NCBI RefSeq assembly: GCF_036588685.1
Contig: NC_086376.1
Coordinates: 20,088,001-20,152,000, forward strand
DNA: 64,000 nt
Direction: 5' to 3'
DNA from: Mytilus trossulus
Lineage: Eukaryota
The first letter of the stretch is position 1; the number at the start of each line of letters is the position of its first letter. This document shows, one piece after another, positions 62,408-64,000 of the stretch. The notes below the pieces were generated by a model that was given only the letters and a program-made list of their open reading frames with translations, was not told the origin of the DNA and ran no database searches. The position numbers and the translations under genes were made by a program.

Positions 62408-64000
62408 CTACGTGCTATTAGGTAGAAAGCATCGTAATGCAATATCTACAATTTTTCCACCTTTATACATCGTTTAACCAGATATATTTCTCCTTTATAC
62501 ATCGTTTAACCAGATATATTTCTCTTTCAAATACACTTAAACACGGGTTGTATGTACGTATCTTTTCTAGTGTTTTCTTGTCCTTATTAAAGTTCATTTG
62601 TTGATGTTTAAATATTTTTTAACGACTGAACACAGGAGTGAATGAATGCAACAATTATATATACTGAAGACTTGGGCTGTACAATGATAGTGTACGTATA
62701 TCATACTGATAATTATTCTAGCAGTAATTATGTTAATTTAGGATGAAATGACAGGAATTCATGAGCTATGCCTCAGGCTTTCTGAAAAAAATATCAATGA
62801 CAATGTAAACAGGAACAAAACATTGACACGATTGATGCTCTCTTCTATGTTATAGTTATTTAGGTATGTGTGTTGCACAAGTTTCAAAAAAACTTAAGTT
62901 ATAAAACTTTTTTTCAGGGCACAAACCCACTTTAAAGAGACTTGTCTACTGCCATACCCATCCTATTTTCATGCACCATTTGCAAGCAAGAGACTGAATG
63001 GTTTGCAAAATTAAAAATCAGGACGGTGTCCAATTAAAACAAAAGAACTTAACTGGATGAATATTGTAGGAGAAATCTAGAGGAAAGTTTTGATTTGTGA
63101 AATTGGTTTTCCTGAAAAGTCATTCATCCTAGCCTGCAGAAAGGAACTATAACTGTCCACCACCAACTGACGAGCTAATGTTGAGCTTCACATATGGAAT
63201 TACTCAAATACCATCAATGTCTACGTTTTCAGCACAGATTTCACAAGTTATGACTCAGCTGTGCTTTTTTTATACCTGTTAAAGTGTTGTATACTAAATT
63301 TTATTTTTTTATCAATAAATATATATTGTGTCATTTAAGAACTTGTATTTTGCCAAAAGATGCATACTAGTGAATGAAAGTGGTGCAGTTCATTTTGCTT
63401 TGGTATATAGAATTGAATTACAATTGTTCATGTTATTGGAATGCTTATAAAAATAAGGAGATGTGGTACAATGTAGATGATATTTAGTGAGTTTATCAAG
63501 CAAAAGTGAATAAGAAATAGGTATAAGCAGTTACAGGTACTACTGTACAATCTCAAACAATGAGAAAAACTCATACCGTAAAGAGAATTTCATATTTACA
63601 AGTAAGTTTTGTTTTTGCGTCGAATAATTTTCTTCTATTGTTTTAATTGCAAATATGGGAAGTTGTTAAAATGCTAATGAGACAGCTGTTATGGCCACAG
63701 AGCCTTAATTGAAAACTTCTTTTTCATTCATACCGGTAGATTTTGCCTGGAGTTAGAAACATATCTGCCAACTTTTCAAAATGCACATGGGGGTGGTTCA
63801 TATAGTCATACACAACCTTCAAGGGGGCCTTCAAATGGAAGCAGGACAAGTTGCCCCACTGGCTAATCGCCCCACTTTTAAAAAAACCGCCACAAACTGA
63901 TTTATCAAATCGCCCCACATGTGAAATTGGTTAAATCATATATAAAAATATATATATATATATACTGAAATTATAATTCTAAAACAAAAACCTAATTGTT

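Noticed and set aside
62461-62524. Short (~32 bp) tandem duplication
   Set aside because: Ordinary local slippage with no further structure

Overview
AT-rich, repeat-dense animal genomic DNA; the repeat types look bivalve/Mytilus-like (inferred). The left half (6971-27803) holds a complete 12-coding-exon DNA polymerase kappa gene (POLK, ~1076 aa) whose introns are full of nested non-autonomous DNA transposons. The right half (32508-61897) is a very homogeneous head-to-tail array of 12 units of ~1889 bp. Each unit carries an intronless 245-aa CAMK-group (TSSK-like) kinase gene with a TATA box, a perfect 18-bp hairpin plus T9 just after the stop codon, and nine exact ACGGTAAAC motifs in the spacer. 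The kinase is atypical: no Gly-rich loop, HND instead of HRD, and Glu at the activation-loop phospho-Thr position. Both array ends break inside the kinase ORF only 42 bp apart in unit coordinates, as expected if a concatemer of a ~1.9-kb circle had integrated. Eight central copies have intact ORFs; edge copies are damaged by transposons, frameshifts or truncation. This amplified kinase cassette is the best candidate for an undescribed system. Coordinates were counted by hand.
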